Origin: a bacterium
GTDB lineage: Bacteria; SZUA-182; DTGQ01; JAFGSM01
NCBI GenBank assembly: GCA_049472355.1
Contig: JBLIRP010000005.1
Span: forward strand, 1 to 53,375
Length of the DNA stretch: 53,375 nucleotides
Direction of reading: 5' to 3'
In this document: positions 29,277-40,337 of the stretch, piece after piece
Position numbering within the stretch: the first letter of the stretch is position 1
How the letters are laid out: every line of letters starts with the position of its first letter
Made by a program: the position numbers and the translations under genes
The notes under the pieces: model-generated
What the model was told of the DNA's origin: nothing
The model's input: only the letters and a program-made list of their open reading frames with translations
Database searches by the model: none

Positions 29277-30968
29277 TTAAAATTTCCCTGACCGCAGGAT
29301 GGATATCACCAGCCCCAGTCCCATGATCCCCGCCGAAACGAAGCCCAGCACCCCCAGCACCGGATAGCCGTAGATGGCGGGGCCGGTTTGCAGCGACATG
29401 ATTATGGAGGAGCCCACGATGAGTGAGGAGATGATCAGGCCGAAGGCGATGCGGTTGCTGGACCGATCGATCTCTTTGATGAAGGTGTCCAGGCCCACAT
29501 GCTCGAATTCGATCTTCAATTCACCCTTGATGAGTTTCTTGATCAGGGTGTTGACCTGGCCGGGAAGGTACTTGAGGATCTTGGAGAGATTGGAGATGTT
29601 TTTCAGGGCATCCCTGATGATGCGCTTGGGCTGGAACCGCTTCGTGAGGAGCCGCTGGGCATAGGGTTGCGAAATCTCCACGATGTTGAGGTCGGGATCG
29701 AGTTGCCGCCCCACTTCTTCGATAAAGAGGAGCGCCTTCCCCAGGAGCATGAGGTCCACGGGGACCCGCATGTTGTGCTTCAGTGCCATGTCGAGGGATT
29801 TGTTGAACACCTCGCCGATGACGATATACTTGAGGGGACGTTCATAGTATATATCGAGCAGGTCGATGAAATCGCGCTTGAACGAGCGCAGGTCGGTGTT
29901 GTCGGTGAGAAATCCCAGGCTGATATATTCCTCGATGAGGCGATCATAGTCCTTGTTCATATAGGCAAAGAAGATCTGGGCGCAGCTCTCGCGCACCTCC
30001 TCGTCCAGCCTTCCTACGATGCCGAAATCAAGAAGCCCGATGACCCCGTCATCCACCACCAGCATATTCCCGGGATGCGGATCACCATGAAAAAGGCCGA
30101 ATTCGAGGAATTGCTTGAGAAATATCTGGCTGCCGTTTTGGGCGAGCAGCTTTCGGTCCCATCCCCTGGCATCGATCTTTTCGACGTCGTTTATGGGAAT
30201 CCCGGTAAGCTTCTGGAGGATCAGGAGTCGTTTGGACGTCAGGTCCCAAAAAACGTTTGGTATGACCACCCTTGTGTCTTCATCGAACAGGGTGTTGAAC
30301 TTTTGCGTATTGCTTGCCTCGAGGGTGAAATCCAATTCCCGGTGGATGGACCTGGAAAACTGTTCCACCAGGCCGACGGGGTCATACACCCGGCTTTCCG
30401 GGATGTACTTCTCGAGCAGATGGGCGATATGAAAAAGGATGTTGATGTCGGTATCGATCTGCTGTTCGATCTTTGGCCTCTGGACCTTGATCATCAGAGG
30501 TGTGCCGTCCGTAAGGGTCGCTTCGTGTACCTGGGCGATGGATGCGGAGCCGGCGGGAAGCTCATTGATGGTGAGAAAAGCCTCGCCTGAAGGGGAGCCC
30601 AGTTCCTCCTCGATGGCCCTCTGAATAACAGGGAAGGGGAGGGGAGGGAGGCTGTCCTGGAGCTTCCTGAACTCCTCGATGAATTCCTTGGGAACGATGT
30701 CCGGTCTGAGGGAAAGGAGTTGGCCGAACTTGACGAAGGTGGGTCCCAACTCCTCGAACACGCGCCGTGCCCTGACGGGCATGGAGACCTTGCCCCTGGG
30801 CTTACCCAGGGGAGGGCGGAAGGTCACCACCCTCATCCCCATGGAGAGAAAGTCCTGCAGGTGGAGCTGTTCGATAATCTGGCCAAACCCATGTTTTATG
30901 AAGACATTGATGATCTGGCGGAGGCGCTGGATATTTTTATAGGTTTGACCGATTTTGTAAAAGGGCAT
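29277..30968 (-). CDS. ABC1/AarF/UbiB atypical kinase family protein
   Basis: ELGPTFVKFGQ, SASIAQVH, KVQRP, ELDF, FHGDPHPGN and LDFGIVG motifs, with C-terminal TMs. Confidence 0.92.
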   Translation of the reverse strand: MPFYKIGQTYKNIQRLRQIINVFIKHGFGQIIEQLHLQDFLSMGMRVVTFRPPLGKPRGKVSMPVRARRVFEELGPTFVKFGQLLSLRPDIVPKEFIEEFRKLQDSLPPLPFPVIQRAIEEELGSPSGEAFLTINELPAGSASIAQVHEATLTDGTPLMIKVQRPKIEQQIDTDINILFHIAHLLEKYIPESRVYDPVGLVEQFSRSIHRELDFTLEASNTQKFNTLFDEDTRVVIPNVFWDLTSKRLLILQKLTGIPINDVEKIDARGWDRKLLAQNGSQIFLKQFLEFGLFHGDPHPGNMLVVDDGVIGLLDFGIVGRLDEEVRESCAQIFFAYMNKDYDRLIEEYISLGFLTDNTDLRSFKRDFIDLLDIYYERPLKYIVIGEVFNKSLDMALKHNMRVPVDLMLLGKALLFIEEVGRQLDPDLNIVEISQPYAQRLLTKRFQPKRIIRDALKNISNLSKILKYLPGQVNTLIKKLIKGELKIEFEHVGLDTFIKEIDRSSNRIAFGLIISSLIVGSSIIMSLQTGPAIYGYPVLGVLGFVSAGIMGLGLVISILRSGKF

Positions 30969-30996
30969 CAGATGACCTCAGGGGTGAGGCCTCCCA

Positions 30997-31329
30997 TCAC
31001 TGTTTCTGTTTCTCGATCGCTGCAATCCGTTTTTCAAGGGCCTCGATCTTCTGCTCAAGCTTGTGAATGTCCTCCTTCGTGCTGAGGTTCTCCCGGGTCA
31101 CATACCGCTTGACCAGTTCGGAAACCTTGGCCTCGAGCTCCTTGCCGGTGAGCTCCAACTTTTCGAGCATGTTTTTCAAAAGCCCTTCGCCCTCACGCGT
31201 GGTGATCTCACCCCTCTTCACCAGTTCATTGATGAACGTCTTGGTCTTTTCCTCGGACAGGGCGATGAATCCCAGGCCCGCATTAATCATTTTCTGCAAA
31301 AAATCTGAGAACTTGTGCTCCTCATTCAT
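30997..31329 (-). CDS. Phasin-family / coiled-coil protein associated with UbiB
   Basis: AGLGFIALSEEK...ELVKRGE and TKEDIHKLEQKIEALE; this family commonly lies next to UbiB-family genes. Confidence 0.75.
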   Translation of the reverse strand: MNEEHKFSDFLQKMINAGLGFIALSEEKTKTFINELVKRGEITTREGEGLLKNMLEKLELTGKELEAKVSELVKRYVTRENLSTKEDIHKLEQKIEALEKRIAAIEKQKQ

Positions 31330-31343
31330 GGTTGCTCCCCCTT

Positions 31344-33998
31344 CTAAGTGTTTATTCGTAATAATCCCTTGATGGCTTCAGGTACGGATGCAAGGGCATC
31401 GGGGATGCCCCCGGGATTATTCCCTCCTGCCTGGGCCATGTCTGGACGACCTCCGCCTGATCCTCCCACGTGTGCAGCCACCTTCCTGACGAGATCGGGG
31501 GCCTTTATCGTGTGCGTGAGATCCTTGCTCACCTTGATAAGGATATGGGCCTTCCCCTTCACCTCCACCGCCAGGGCAACCACCCCGGACCCCAGCTTGT
31601 CGGCAAGCATATCCGCCATGCTGCGCAGGGCCTCCATATCCATGCTGGGACCGGTGGGGTTATACGCGAGCACCTTGATCCCGTCCACCTCCTGGGCCCT
31701 CTCCAGGATTCCCCCGATCTCCTGATGAGCACATTGGTTTTTAAGTTCCCTGATCTCCCGTTCCTGGTCCCGCACCTGTTTGAGAATACGCTCGATCCTT
31801 CCCTTCACCTCCGTCTCCGGTGCCTTGAGCATCTCTGCAATAGTCGCCACATCCGTCCGCATCCTCCGTACATATTCGTATGCACCCCTGCCGGTGAGGG
31901 CCTCGATCCTCCTGACCCCTGCTGCAATCCCGGTCTCGGAGAGGATGAGAAAGAGCCCGATCTGTCCGGTGCTCTCGGAGTGGGTGCCCCCGCACAGCTC
32001 TATGCTGACATCGGAGATCTGCACCACCCGCACCTGTTCCTGATACTTTTCCCCGAACAGGGCCATGGCGCCCGAATCGAGTGCCTTCTGCAGCGCCATT
32101 TCCTGGGTGCTCACCGGTATATTCTGCCGGATCTGTTCATTGACGTGCGCCTCGATCCGTTCAATCTCCTCGGGGGTGAGGGGGGCGAAATGGGTATAAT
32201 CGAACCGGAACCGGTCTGCAGCCACCAGCGAGCCTGCCTGTCTGACATGGTCCCCCAGGATCTCCCTGAGTGCCGCATGCAGGAGGTGGGTGGCCGTATG
32301 GTTTATGGCGATAGCGGAGCGCCGGTCCCCGTTCACCTCGAGATACACCTGATCACCGGTTCCGACCACCCCTCGCTTCACCATGATTCGATGCACCATT
32401 AAATCAGCCATGGTGTAGGTGTCGGTGACCTCGGCAAAAAAACCATCACCCTTCATAATCCCGCTGTCTCCAACCTGGCCGCCCCTTTCCGCATAGAAGG
32501 GGGTCCGGTCCAGGATGACCTCGGCCTCATGTCCCTCCCCGACCTTGTCCACCCTTTCCGATCCGCTTATCACCGCGAGGACCTGGCCGGTGTCCGACAC
32601 GGCTTCATATCCTGAAAACAGCGTCCGGGGAAGCTGCGTTGCCAGGTCCCTGTAAACCCCCTTGACCTCCTTCGCCCCGGAACCCTGCCAGTGCCTTCTT
32701 GCCTGTTCCCGTTGCTGCGCCATGGCATCCTCGAATTCGGCCTGGTTGAACCCAAGGCCCTGCTCTGCGAGGATCTCCTGGGTGAGGTCCAGGGGGAAGC
32801 CATAGGTGTCGTAGAGGCGAAAGATCTCCCTTCCGGGGATCTCCTTTTTCTTCGTCTTTTTGGATGATTCGATGATCTCGTTGAGCAGTGAGAGCCCGCG
32901 ATCAAGGGCGTACTGGAAGCGATCCTCTTCCTGGCTGGTGATGGTGGCGATATAGGTGCGGTTGTCCTCGAGTTCAGGGTAGGGGCCGTGCATGGCCTCC
33001 GCAACCGCCGGGACGAGCCTGTGCAAAAAAGGCCTGTCGATGTTGATGAGCGTCCCATGCCGGGCGGCCCTTCTGATGATACGCCTCAGCACATACCCCC
33101 TTCCCTCGTTTGAGGGGAGCACGCCGTCCGCGATGAGAAAGGTGATTGCCCTCAAATGGTCCGCGATGACCCGGAACGAGATATCTGCGTCATGCTGCAG
33201 CCCATACCGCTGATCGGTCTCAGTCTCGATCGCCTTGATGATGGGGGTAAACAGGTCGGAGTCGTAATTGGATTTTCCCCCCTGGAGGGCGGTGGTGATC
33301 CGCTCCAGACCCATGCCGGTGTCGATGCTCGGTTTGGGGAGCGGCGACATTGTCCCGTCATCATGGCGTTCGAACTGCATGAACACGAGATTCCAGATCT
33401 CCAGGTACCGGTCGCACTCGCACCCCACCCTGCAGTCCGGCCTGCCGCAGGAAAATTCCGGGCCCTGGTCGATGATGATCTCGGAGCAGGGACCACACGG
33501 CCCGGTGTCGCCCATGGACCAGAAATTGTCCTTTTCCCCCATGGCCACGATTCGTTCGGCAGGGACGCCGATCTGTCCGCTCCATATATCGGCTGCCTCC
33601 TGATCCTTGTGAAAGACCGTGACCCACAGAGGTTCTTTGGGCACCCCGATGCGGACGGTCAGAAACTCCCAGGCCATCCGGATGGCATCCCTTTTAAAAT
33701 AATCCCCGAATGAGAAGTTTCCCAGCATCTCAAAAAAGGTGTGATGCCGGGCGGTATAGCCGACGTTTTCCAGATCGTTATGCTTGCCCCCTGCGCGGAC
33801 ACACTTCTGGCAGGTGGCCGCGCGGGAATAGGGTCGTGTTGCCTGGCCGGTGAAGATGTCCTTGAATTGGACCATTCCTGCATTGGTGAAAAGGAGGGTG
33901 GGATCATGGGCAGGCACCAGGGAGGAACTGGGAAGAATGGTGTGCCCCTTTTCACTGAAGTAATCGAGAAAGGCCTGTCTGATTTCCGCCCCCTTCAT
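31344..33998 (-). CDS. alaS: Alanine--tRNA ligase
   Basis: LLFTNAGMVQFK, HHTFFEMLGNFSFGDYFK, DTGMGLER, HTATHLLH, ELCGGTH and GGGGRPDMAQAGG motifs. The start MKGAEIR overlaps the nadA stop. Confidence 0.98.
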   Translation of the reverse strand: MKGAEIRQAFLDYFSEKGHTILPSSSLVPAHDPTLLFTNAGMVQFKDIFTGQATRPYSRAATCQKCVRAGGKHNDLENVGYTARHHTFFEMLGNFSFGDYFKRDAIRMAWEFLTVRIGVPKEPLWVTVFHKDQEAADIWSGQIGVPAERIVAMGEKDNFWSMGDTGPCGPCSEIIIDQGPEFSCGRPDCRVGCECDRYLEIWNLVFMQFERHDDGTMSPLPKPSIDTGMGLERITTALQGGKSNYDSDLFTPIIKAIETETDQRYGLQHDADISFRVIADHLRAITFLIADGVLPSNEGRGYVLRRIIRRAARHGTLINIDRPFLHRLVPAVAEAMHGPYPELEDNRTYIATITSQEEDRFQYALDRGLSLLNEIIESSKKTKKKEIPGREIFRLYDTYGFPLDLTQEILAEQGLGFNQAEFEDAMAQQREQARRHWQGSGAKEVKGVYRDLATQLPRTLFSGYEAVSDTGQVLAVISGSERVDKVGEGHEAEVILDRTPFYAERGGQVGDSGIMKGDGFFAEVTDTYTMADLMVHRIMVKRGVVGTGDQVYLEVNGDRRSAIAINHTATHLLHAALREILGDHVRQAGSLVAADRFRFDYTHFAPLTPEEIERIEAHVNEQIRQNIPVSTQEMALQKALDSGAMALFGEKYQEQVRVVQISDVSIELCGGTHSESTGQIGLFLILSETGIAAGVRRIEALTGRGAYEYVRRMRTDVATIAEMLKAPETEVKGRIERILKQVRDQEREIRELKNQCAHQEIGGILERAQEVDGIKVLAYNPTGPSMDMEALRSMADMLADKLGSGVVALAVEVKGKAHILIKVSKDLTHTIKAPDLVRKVAAHVGGSGGGRPDMAQAGGNNPGGIPDALASVPEAIKGLLRINT

Positions 33999-34936
33999 GT
34001 CACATCCATCATTCTTTGCAGGGCCTTCCGGGCCTTTTTGCGAATCTCTTCGGGGATTTCGATTACCGTTTCCATGGTCTCCAAAGATGCGGCCAGTCGC
34101 TCCAGGGTGATCAGTTTCATGTGTTCGCATATCATTCTATCGGAAACCGGATAAAATGTATACCCGGGGAAATCCTTCCGAAGCCGGTAGACCATCCCCA
34201 CCTCGGTGCCCACGATGAATTCCTTGGCCCCTGATTCCCTTACATATCGTGCCATTCCGGCAGTGCTCGAGACGCAATCCGCCAGTTCCAGGACCTCCGG
34301 CCTGCACTCGGGATGTGCAATGAACCGCGCACCGGGATGTGCTGCGGTGACCCTGAGCGCATCCTTTCGGGTGAGGAGGTGATGGGCGCTGCAATAGACA
34401 TCGGCACAATGGACCGTTTTGTCCGTATGCAGGCTGACGTAGTGGCCGAGATTATGATCCGGCACAAAGATGATTTCATTGTACTCCTTGAGGGAGTTGA
34501 CGACCTGGATCGCATTGGCGGACGTGCAGCATATGTCGCTCTCCGCCTTAATCTGTGCGCTGGAATTGACGTAGCAGACCACTGCCGCACGGGGATGCCT
34601 GGCCTTTAATGCCTTCAGGGTGTCGAGGCTCAGGTCATCCGCCAGGGAGCAGCCTGCCTCCGGAGCAGGAAGGATAACCCTCTTTTCAGGGCAGAGGATG
34701 GCCGCGCTTTCCGCCATAAACCGAACGCCGCAAAAACATATGACCTCCGCCTCGGATGCGGCGGCCGTGCGGCACAGGCCCAGTGAATCCCCCAAATGGT
34801 CGGCAATGTCCTGTATCTCGGGTCGTTGATAGTTATGCACCAGGATGATCGCGCTGCGCTCCCGTTTCAGGCGATCGATTTTTTCAGCGAGCTGTATGTC
34901 CGCTGTATTGGTAACGGTTTTCGTATCAATGGACAT
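33995..34936 (-). CDS. nadA: Quinolinate synthase
   Basis: HNYQ, GDSL, CGVRFMAE, AGCSLA, YVNSSA, CTSANA, PDHNLG, AHPEC and CEHMK motifs. Confidence 0.96.
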   Translation of the reverse strand: MSIDTKTVTNTADIQLAEKIDRLKRERSAIILVHNYQRPEIQDIADHLGDSLGLCRTAAASEAEVICFCGVRFMAESAAILCPEKRVILPAPEAGCSLADDLSLDTLKALKARHPRAAVVCYVNSSAQIKAESDICCTSANAIQVVNSLKEYNEIIFVPDHNLGHYVSLHTDKTVHCADVYCSAHHLLTRKDALRVTAAHPGARFIAHPECRPEVLELADCVSSTAGMARYVRESGAKEFIVGTEVGMVYRLRKDFPGYTFYPVSDRMICEHMKLITLERLAASLETMETVIEIPEEIRKKARKALQRMMDVT

Positions 34937-35044
34937 TGCGGTCACCCCCGAAAAGTCGTTGAATTTCTGAACCCGGAACGTTCGTGAACCTTGATTCACC
35001 AGTGATTATGAAAACACGCAGAGGGCGATTTTCATGTGAAGGAA

Positions 35045-35887
35045 TCATGTCCATAGAATATCCCTTATACGTATGTGATCAGGATATACCTTTTTCATGA
35101 TATGGCCGGTGTTGGTACGAACAAAATTTCTTTTAAGATGATGCGCACGAATCGATACGGCGCAGTTATCCTGAACAGCGAGAATGAGGTATGCATGGAG
35201 ATATTTATGTTTTTCGCGCGAGTAGTTCATCGTAGGTACTGAAACCACGCACGGCTGGCTCACCTCGATCTCCTTGTCCAGTTCCAGGTCGATCCTCTTT
35301 ATGCCGATGCCGTTTCTTGTCTGCATCCGGAATTTGTGATCGTGGGAGGCGAACACCGGTTTCGAAATCATATTATGCATCAGGTACATCTCATTACTGT
35401 ATCCATTGTTCGAGTAGAATGGTTTTGCAGCGCAGCAATGCACCAGGTCGAAACATTCCGTCTCTATTTTGTCAGGGAACCTGAGGAGATTTTCGTACAG
35501 GTCGGGTTGTTCCTTCAGGGACCGATTAAGCCGTTTGTCGAATTCATTAACCCTCCGGGAATATCGGTGCTTGGTGTCACACTGCAGCACCTTTCGACAA
35601 TGATTCCCTCGTATGGCCATGATGTTGTGCGCTATGGTGAATCTGAGGCAATCGATGCAATCCTCCACTGACGTTTGTGTCCCGAACATGTCCCCGAGAT
35701 GGAATATTCCTTTTATGTCCTCATGTGTTTCGAGGATCTCGTGGACGGTTTCCCTATAAACGTCCAGATAGCCATGATTATCCGCAATAAGGGCATATCT
35801 TCCCAAGGGGATATCCAGCTTCCACAGAATGCTCTGTCTTCGTAGCCTCTTTGTCACCCTTATACGTCTATCTCTGAGAAAGAACAT
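35045..35887 (-). CDS. Divergent calcineurin-like metallophosphoesterase
   Basis: IADNHG, HLGDMFG, RGNHC, LVH and SHDH motifs in the expected order. Confidence 0.7.
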   Translation of the reverse strand: MFFLRDRRIRVTKRLRRQSILWKLDIPLGRYALIADNHGYLDVYRETVHEILETHEDIKGIFHLGDMFGTQTSVEDCIDCLRFTIAHNIMAIRGNHCRKVLQCDTKHRYSRRVNEFDKRLNRSLKEQPDLYENLLRFPDKIETECFDLVHCCAAKPFYSNNGYSNEMYLMHNMISKPVFASHDHKFRMQTRNGIGIKRIDLELDKEIEVSQPCVVSVPTMNYSREKHKYLHAYLILAVQDNCAVSIRAHHLKRNFVRTNTGHIMKKVYPDHIRIRDILWT

Positions 35888-36240
35888 GATAGTTCACTCC
35901 TTCTCATAATGGATTATAAAATAAAAGATAACCCTTATCAACTCATTCCCGTCAAGGGAAGAAGATGTGAGAAGCGGTGAAGGAAAAAAGGCTCTTGACA
36001 AGACAAAAAGGGTATCACGTCGGAATTATATATGAACGAATAACTGCAAAAAAAAGACACCAAATCCCCCCCCATAGAAAACGTCCATCAAGAGAGAATC
36101 TGATGTCGCAGAGGTACTATAGCATATTTCCCGATCTCATACCATAGCGCACGAAGTCCAAACGCGAAAGCTGCAGCGGAGGAAATTCACGACATCCGGT
36201 GCACGGAACCTGCTGTTTGGGGAGGTTTACAAGGAAGGTA

Positions 36241-37551
36241 TCAGCTTGGAAGGCTTTCCATCCGGATACAGAGGGTGCTGTCGAGCACCATGGGGAGGCG
36301 ATCAATCTCTGCAAGGGCATTCTGAAGATCCGACTCCAGTGCCTCGTGGGTCATCATAATGATGGGCACCCCGCCTTTTTCCCCTCTTCCCTTTTGTATA
36401 ACGGACGCAATACTGATATTGTGTTCACCGAGAATCCCCGATATGGCGGAGAGGACCCCCGGCCGGTCCATGGCGGAGACGCGCAGATAGTATTCGGATC
36501 GTATATTGCGGATGTCCTGCAGATGTTTGTCCTTGGATTTGAGGGCATGGTGAATGGCGGGGGTAACCCTCCCCGGGGTGGAGTAAAGCACATCCCGTGC
36601 GATTTCCATTACATCGCTCAATACCGCGTTGGCGGTAGGCAATTCCCCGGCGCCCTGTCCATAGAACATGGTTGGGCCGGTGTAGCCCCCGATGAGATAG
36701 ATGGCATTATACACCCCATCCACCGATGCGAGCATGTTATCCTGAGGGATCATGGTGGGGTGCACACGCACCTCCAGTCCGTCCTCGTCGTTTTTTGCCA
36801 GGGCCAGGAGCTTGATCCTGTATCCCAATTCCGCTGCAAAGGCGAGATCGAGCAGGGTGATCCGATCGATTCCCTCGGTGTATATCTCCTTCAGTTGTAT
36901 CCCCCTGCCGAAGGCCAGGGCGCTCAGGATGGCCAGTTTGTGTGCCGTATCGAGGCCCTTGATGTCATAGGAGGGATCGGCCTCCGCATATCCCAACCGC
37001 TGCGCCTCGGCCAGCACCTCGTCAAAATCCCTTTTCTCCTCGAACATCCTGGTGAGGATAAAATTGGCCGTACCGTTGATAATCCCGTAGATGGCATGGA
37101 TCCGGTTTGAGACGAACCCTTCGGTTATCGCGCGAATGATGGGGATACCTCCGCCCACGCTCGCCTCGAAGCCGATGTCCACGCCCTTGGTCCGGGCCCG
37201 TTCGAATATCTCCGCGCCATGCTGGGCAAGGAGTGCCTTGTTCGCCGTGACTACCTGTTTGCCCTGATCGATGGCCTTGAGGATAAAGGAGCGGGCCGGT
37301 TCGATCCCGCCGATCAATTCGATGACGATATGTATCTCCGGATCATCCAGGATCTCGTTCGCATCCTGGGTAAGGCGGTCGCCGGGGATACGCACATCCC
37401 GCGGCGTGGTGATGTCGAGATCCGCAATCCGCCTGATAATGATTTCCGCGCCGAGGCGCTCGGACAGGGATGCGGAAGACTGTTCCAGGATCTTGGTCAC
37501 GCCGACACCAATGGTGCCCCATCCGATCAGCCCGAGATTGATCTGTTTCAT
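36241..37551 (-). CDS. hom: Homoserine dehydrogenase with ACT domain
   Basis: [46 protein letters not shown] and DRPGVL motifs. Confidence 0.97.
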   Translation of the reverse strand: MKQINLGLIGWGTIGVGVTKILEQSSASLSERLGAEIIIRRIADLDITTPRDVRIPGDRLTQDANEILDDPEIHIVIELIGGIEPARSFILKAIDQGKQVVTANKALLAQHGAEIFERARTKGVDIGFEASVGGGIPIIRAITEGFVSNRIHAIYGIINGTANFILTRMFEEKRDFDEVLAEAQRLGYAEADPSYDIKGLDTAHKLAILSALAFGRGIQLKEIYTEGIDRITLLDLAFAAELGYRIKLLALAKNDEDGLEVRVHPTMIPQDNMLASVDGVYNAIYLIGGYTGPTMFYGQGAGELPTANAVLSDVMEIARDVLYSTPGRVTPAIHHALKSKDKHLQDIRNIRSEYYLRVSAMDRPGVLSAISGILGEHNISIASVIQKGRGEKGGVPIIMMTHEALESDLQNALAEIDRLPMVLDSTLCIRMESLPS

Positions 37552-38714
37552 AGTATCTGCTTGATGCCCCTTATGGCCTGTCTTGTTCTGTGCTCGTTTT
37601 CAACCAGGGCGAATCGGACGAACTGGTCACCGCCTTCCCCGAATCCGATGCCCGGTGAAACGGCAACCTTGGCCTTTTCGATGAGCATCTTGGAAAATTC
37701 AAGGGAACCCATGGAAAGGTATTGATCGGGTATCTTCGCCCAGACGAACATGGTGGCCTTGGGTTTTTCAATCTTCCACCCGATCCGGTTCAGACCGTCA
37801 ACCAGCACATCCCTGCGGCTTCGGTAGACCTCGCGTATCTCTTCCACACAATCATCCGGGCCATTGAGTGCGATGATGCCCGCGATCTGTATGGGCTGGA
37901 AGATGCCGTAGTCAAGGTAGCTTTTAATCCGGGTCAGGGCGGCGACGATTTCGGGGTTCCCCACGCAGAAACCGACCCTCCATCCCGCCATATTATAGCT
38001 CTTTGAAAGGGTGACGAATTCCACCCCCACATCCTTGGCCCCGGGCGCCTGGAAGAGGCTGGGCGCCTCGTACCCGTCAAACACGAGATCCACATAGGCA
38101 AAATCATGGATGAGGATGATGTCATGTGCACGTGCCAATTCCACCGCCTTGCGGAAGAATTCGAGATCCACTACCCTGGTGGTCGGATTGTGGGGAAAAC
38201 TCAGGATCATCACCTTTGGCTGCGGCCAGGTGAATTTCAGGGCCTGTTCCAATTCCTCGATAAAGTTATTCGACTGGGTCAGCGGGATGCTGCGCACATC
38301 GGCTCCGGCGATAATGGCACTGTAGGCATGGATGGGGTAGGTGGGGGTGGGAACGAATGCCACGTCGCCCGGCCCCATCATTCCGAGAATGAGGTGCGAG
38401 AGCCCCTCCTTTGCGCCGATGGTGACGATGGCCTCTTTCTCCGGATCGAGCTCGCACCCGAACCGTCTCGCGTACCAGTCGCATATGGCGAGCCGGAGCT
38501 TGTAGATCCCCTTTGATGCGGAATAGCGGTAGTTGCGGGGGTTTCTTGCCGCCTCGCACAGCTTTTCCACGATATGAGGCGGGGTGCACCCATCGGGGTT
38601 CCCCATGCCAAGGTCGATGACATCCTCGCCCTTGTGGCGGGCATCCATCTTGAGCTGATTGATGATGTTAAATACGTACGGCGGCAGTCTCTTTATACGC
38701 GGGAATCGTTCCAT
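37548..38714 (-). CDS. Class I PLP aminotransferase (AlaC/YfdZ-like)
   Basis: [37 protein letters not shown] and KSYLDYG motifs; upstream of hom. Confidence 0.88.
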   Translation of the reverse strand: MERFPRIKRLPPYVFNIINQLKMDARHKGEDVIDLGMGNPDGCTPPHIVEKLCEAARNPRNYRYSASKGIYKLRLAICDWYARRFGCELDPEKEAIVTIGAKEGLSHLILGMMGPGDVAFVPTPTYPIHAYSAIIAGADVRSIPLTQSNNFIEELEQALKFTWPQPKVMILSFPHNPTTRVVDLEFFRKAVELARAHDIILIHDFAYVDLVFDGYEAPSLFQAPGAKDVGVEFVTLSKSYNMAGWRVGFCVGNPEIVAALTRIKSYLDYGIFQPIQIAGIIALNGPDDCVEEIREVYRSRRDVLVDGLNRIGWKIEKPKATMFVWAKIPDQYLSMGSLEFSKMLIEKAKVAVSPGIGFGEGGDQFVRFALVENEHRTRQAIRGIKQIL

Positions 38715-39597
38715 GTTCCGTGCTTCCTGTTCTTCTGTCCTTCACGGTACCGATCAAAAAGGGTTCAACATTATATGAACTGCGGACAAAGGGTGCGGAC
38801 TCCACGCGGCGAAAGCCCATCCGCAGCCCCTGCTCCTTCCATGCCACGAATCGTTCGGGGGTGATAAACCTGTCCACCGGTATATTGTCCCGCGTCGGCT
38901 GCAGGTATTGACCAATGGTCAGGATATCACACCTGTTGAGCATCAGGTCCCTCATCACCGCCAACACCTCATCCTCGGTTTCGCCCAGTCCCACCATCAA
39001 ACCGGATTTGGTGATGACGTTCGCATTGATCCTTTTCGCCGTCTTCAGCACCTTGAGGGACTTTTCATAGTTGGCCTTGTACCGCACCTTCGAATACAGC
39101 CGCGGCACCGTCTCGATGTTATGGTTAAAGATGTTTGGATTGGCATCGAGCACGGTATGTATGGATTTTCTGCACCCGTTGAAATCGGGGACCAGCACCT
39201 CTATGGTTGAATTCGGATGCTGTTTGGATACCTCGTAAACCGTATGGGCAAAAAGGAGGGCCCCGCCGTCGGCCAAGTCATCGCGGGCCACTGAGGTGAT
39301 GATGGTATGCTTGAGCCCCATCATCCTCGCGGCCTGCGCAACCTTCCGTGGTTCGTCGAAATCCACCTTGCTGGGTTTTCCCTTTTCCATTGCGCAGAAG
39401 GTGCAACTCCTGCTGCACACATTGCCCAGTATCATAAAGGTGAGCGTCGGCTTCGAAAAACACTCGCCGATATTGGGGCATTTGGCAGCCTCGCATACCG
39501 TGTTGATATTCAAATCACGCAAAATTGCCTTGATTTCATATACCTTCTCCACCGCGATCTTTTTTTTCGTCCGTACCGGGAAACGCTCGGTTGCCAT
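38668..39597 (-). CDS. lipA: Lipoyl synthase
   Basis: [12 protein letters not shown] (CX4CX5C), [22 protein letters not shown] and RSSY motifs. Confidence 0.96.
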   Translation of the reverse strand: MATERFPVRTKKKIAVEKVYEIKAILRDLNINTVCEAAKCPNIGECFSKPTLTFMILGNVCSRSCTFCAMEKGKPSKVDFDEPRKVAQAARMMGLKHTIITSVARDDLADGGALLFAHTVYEVSKQHPNSTIEVLVPDFNGCRKSIHTVLDANPNIFNHNIETVPRLYSKVRYKANYEKSLKVLKTAKRINANVITKSGLMVGLGETEDEVLAVMRDLMLNRCDILTIGQYLQPTRDNIPVDRFITPERFVAWKEQGLRMGFRRVESAPFVRSSYNVEPFLIGTVKDRRTGSTEHGTIPAYKETAAVRI

Positions 39598-39799
39598 AAG
39601 AGTGCCCTTTGTAGAATCGCCAAGGTGATGATGAATACAGCAGGTCTCGTAATGGAGGAGATCGCTCCTACGTAACAGGCCTTTAATGTAATGAATTATA
39701 TATTAAAAATATGATATAGCCCAACGCGATGCAGTGGGACGAAAGCAACCAATCAAAGGGGGGTGTGTGCCTCCTTGAATCACTGATATATGAATTTTA

Positions 39800-39828
39800 A
39801 TGATAGACAGATTCCCGAAGATTGTCAA
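39800..39828 (-). promoter_or_regulatory. Sigma70-type promoter upstream of lipA
   Basis: The minus strand reads TTGACA-N17-TATCAT, implying a leader of about 195 nt. Confidence 0.6.
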
Positions 39829-40337
39829 GGTATCTATCTCCCCCCGCAACAAGGGTCGAGTCGATCCTCGTTCCGCGACCCATCGGATTTTCAACAGGGA
39901 TCCACTCCCCCGGTGATTGATCTCTCTGTGAACCTATTGTTCTCTGGGGTGAAGAAAGTCAGTTTTGACCGTGTAAGATATAGTATTGACAGCGGTTGGG
40001 CATGGTCACTTACGCCTTTCTGCTCAGGGTTTTTTCCCGGGGTTATATAAGAATGATCCAGCAACCTCTTGTTTTATTTGTTTTAATACTTCGTTGTGAT
40101 CGGTAGATCATGCCGGTTTAGCCCGATGATGCCGGTAGGGCATATTTGTATGGTTATATGGATTGTCGCTTCCTGGGCATCATGAATAACGTGCTGCAAT
40201 GCAGCCTGTACATGGCAAAGACACAGGAAACCACCCCTTTCTTCAAGCCCATATCTGGACAGGAGAGAAAAAGTATGATAAAAACTATCAAATTGATGCG
40301 TTATCAGGCACTGAATCGGTAAGGAGTTAGCGCACGG

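Noticed and set aside
34939..35046. Possible third degenerate MITE copy (GAAAAGTCG...CGATTTTC)
   Set aside because: Only about 8 nt of the TIR match, there is no target duplication, and the left end overlaps the nadA SD.
35890..36240. Intergenic region with a short inverted repeat (GATGTCG/CGACATC) as an ncRNA
   Set aside because: The pairing is too limited to support a structure.
39710..39775. GGGACGAAAGC resembling the c-di-GMP-I (GEMM) riboswitch core
   Set aside because: The flanking stems and second hairpin are not convincing, and it is antisense to the lipA leader. A cmscan run would settle it.
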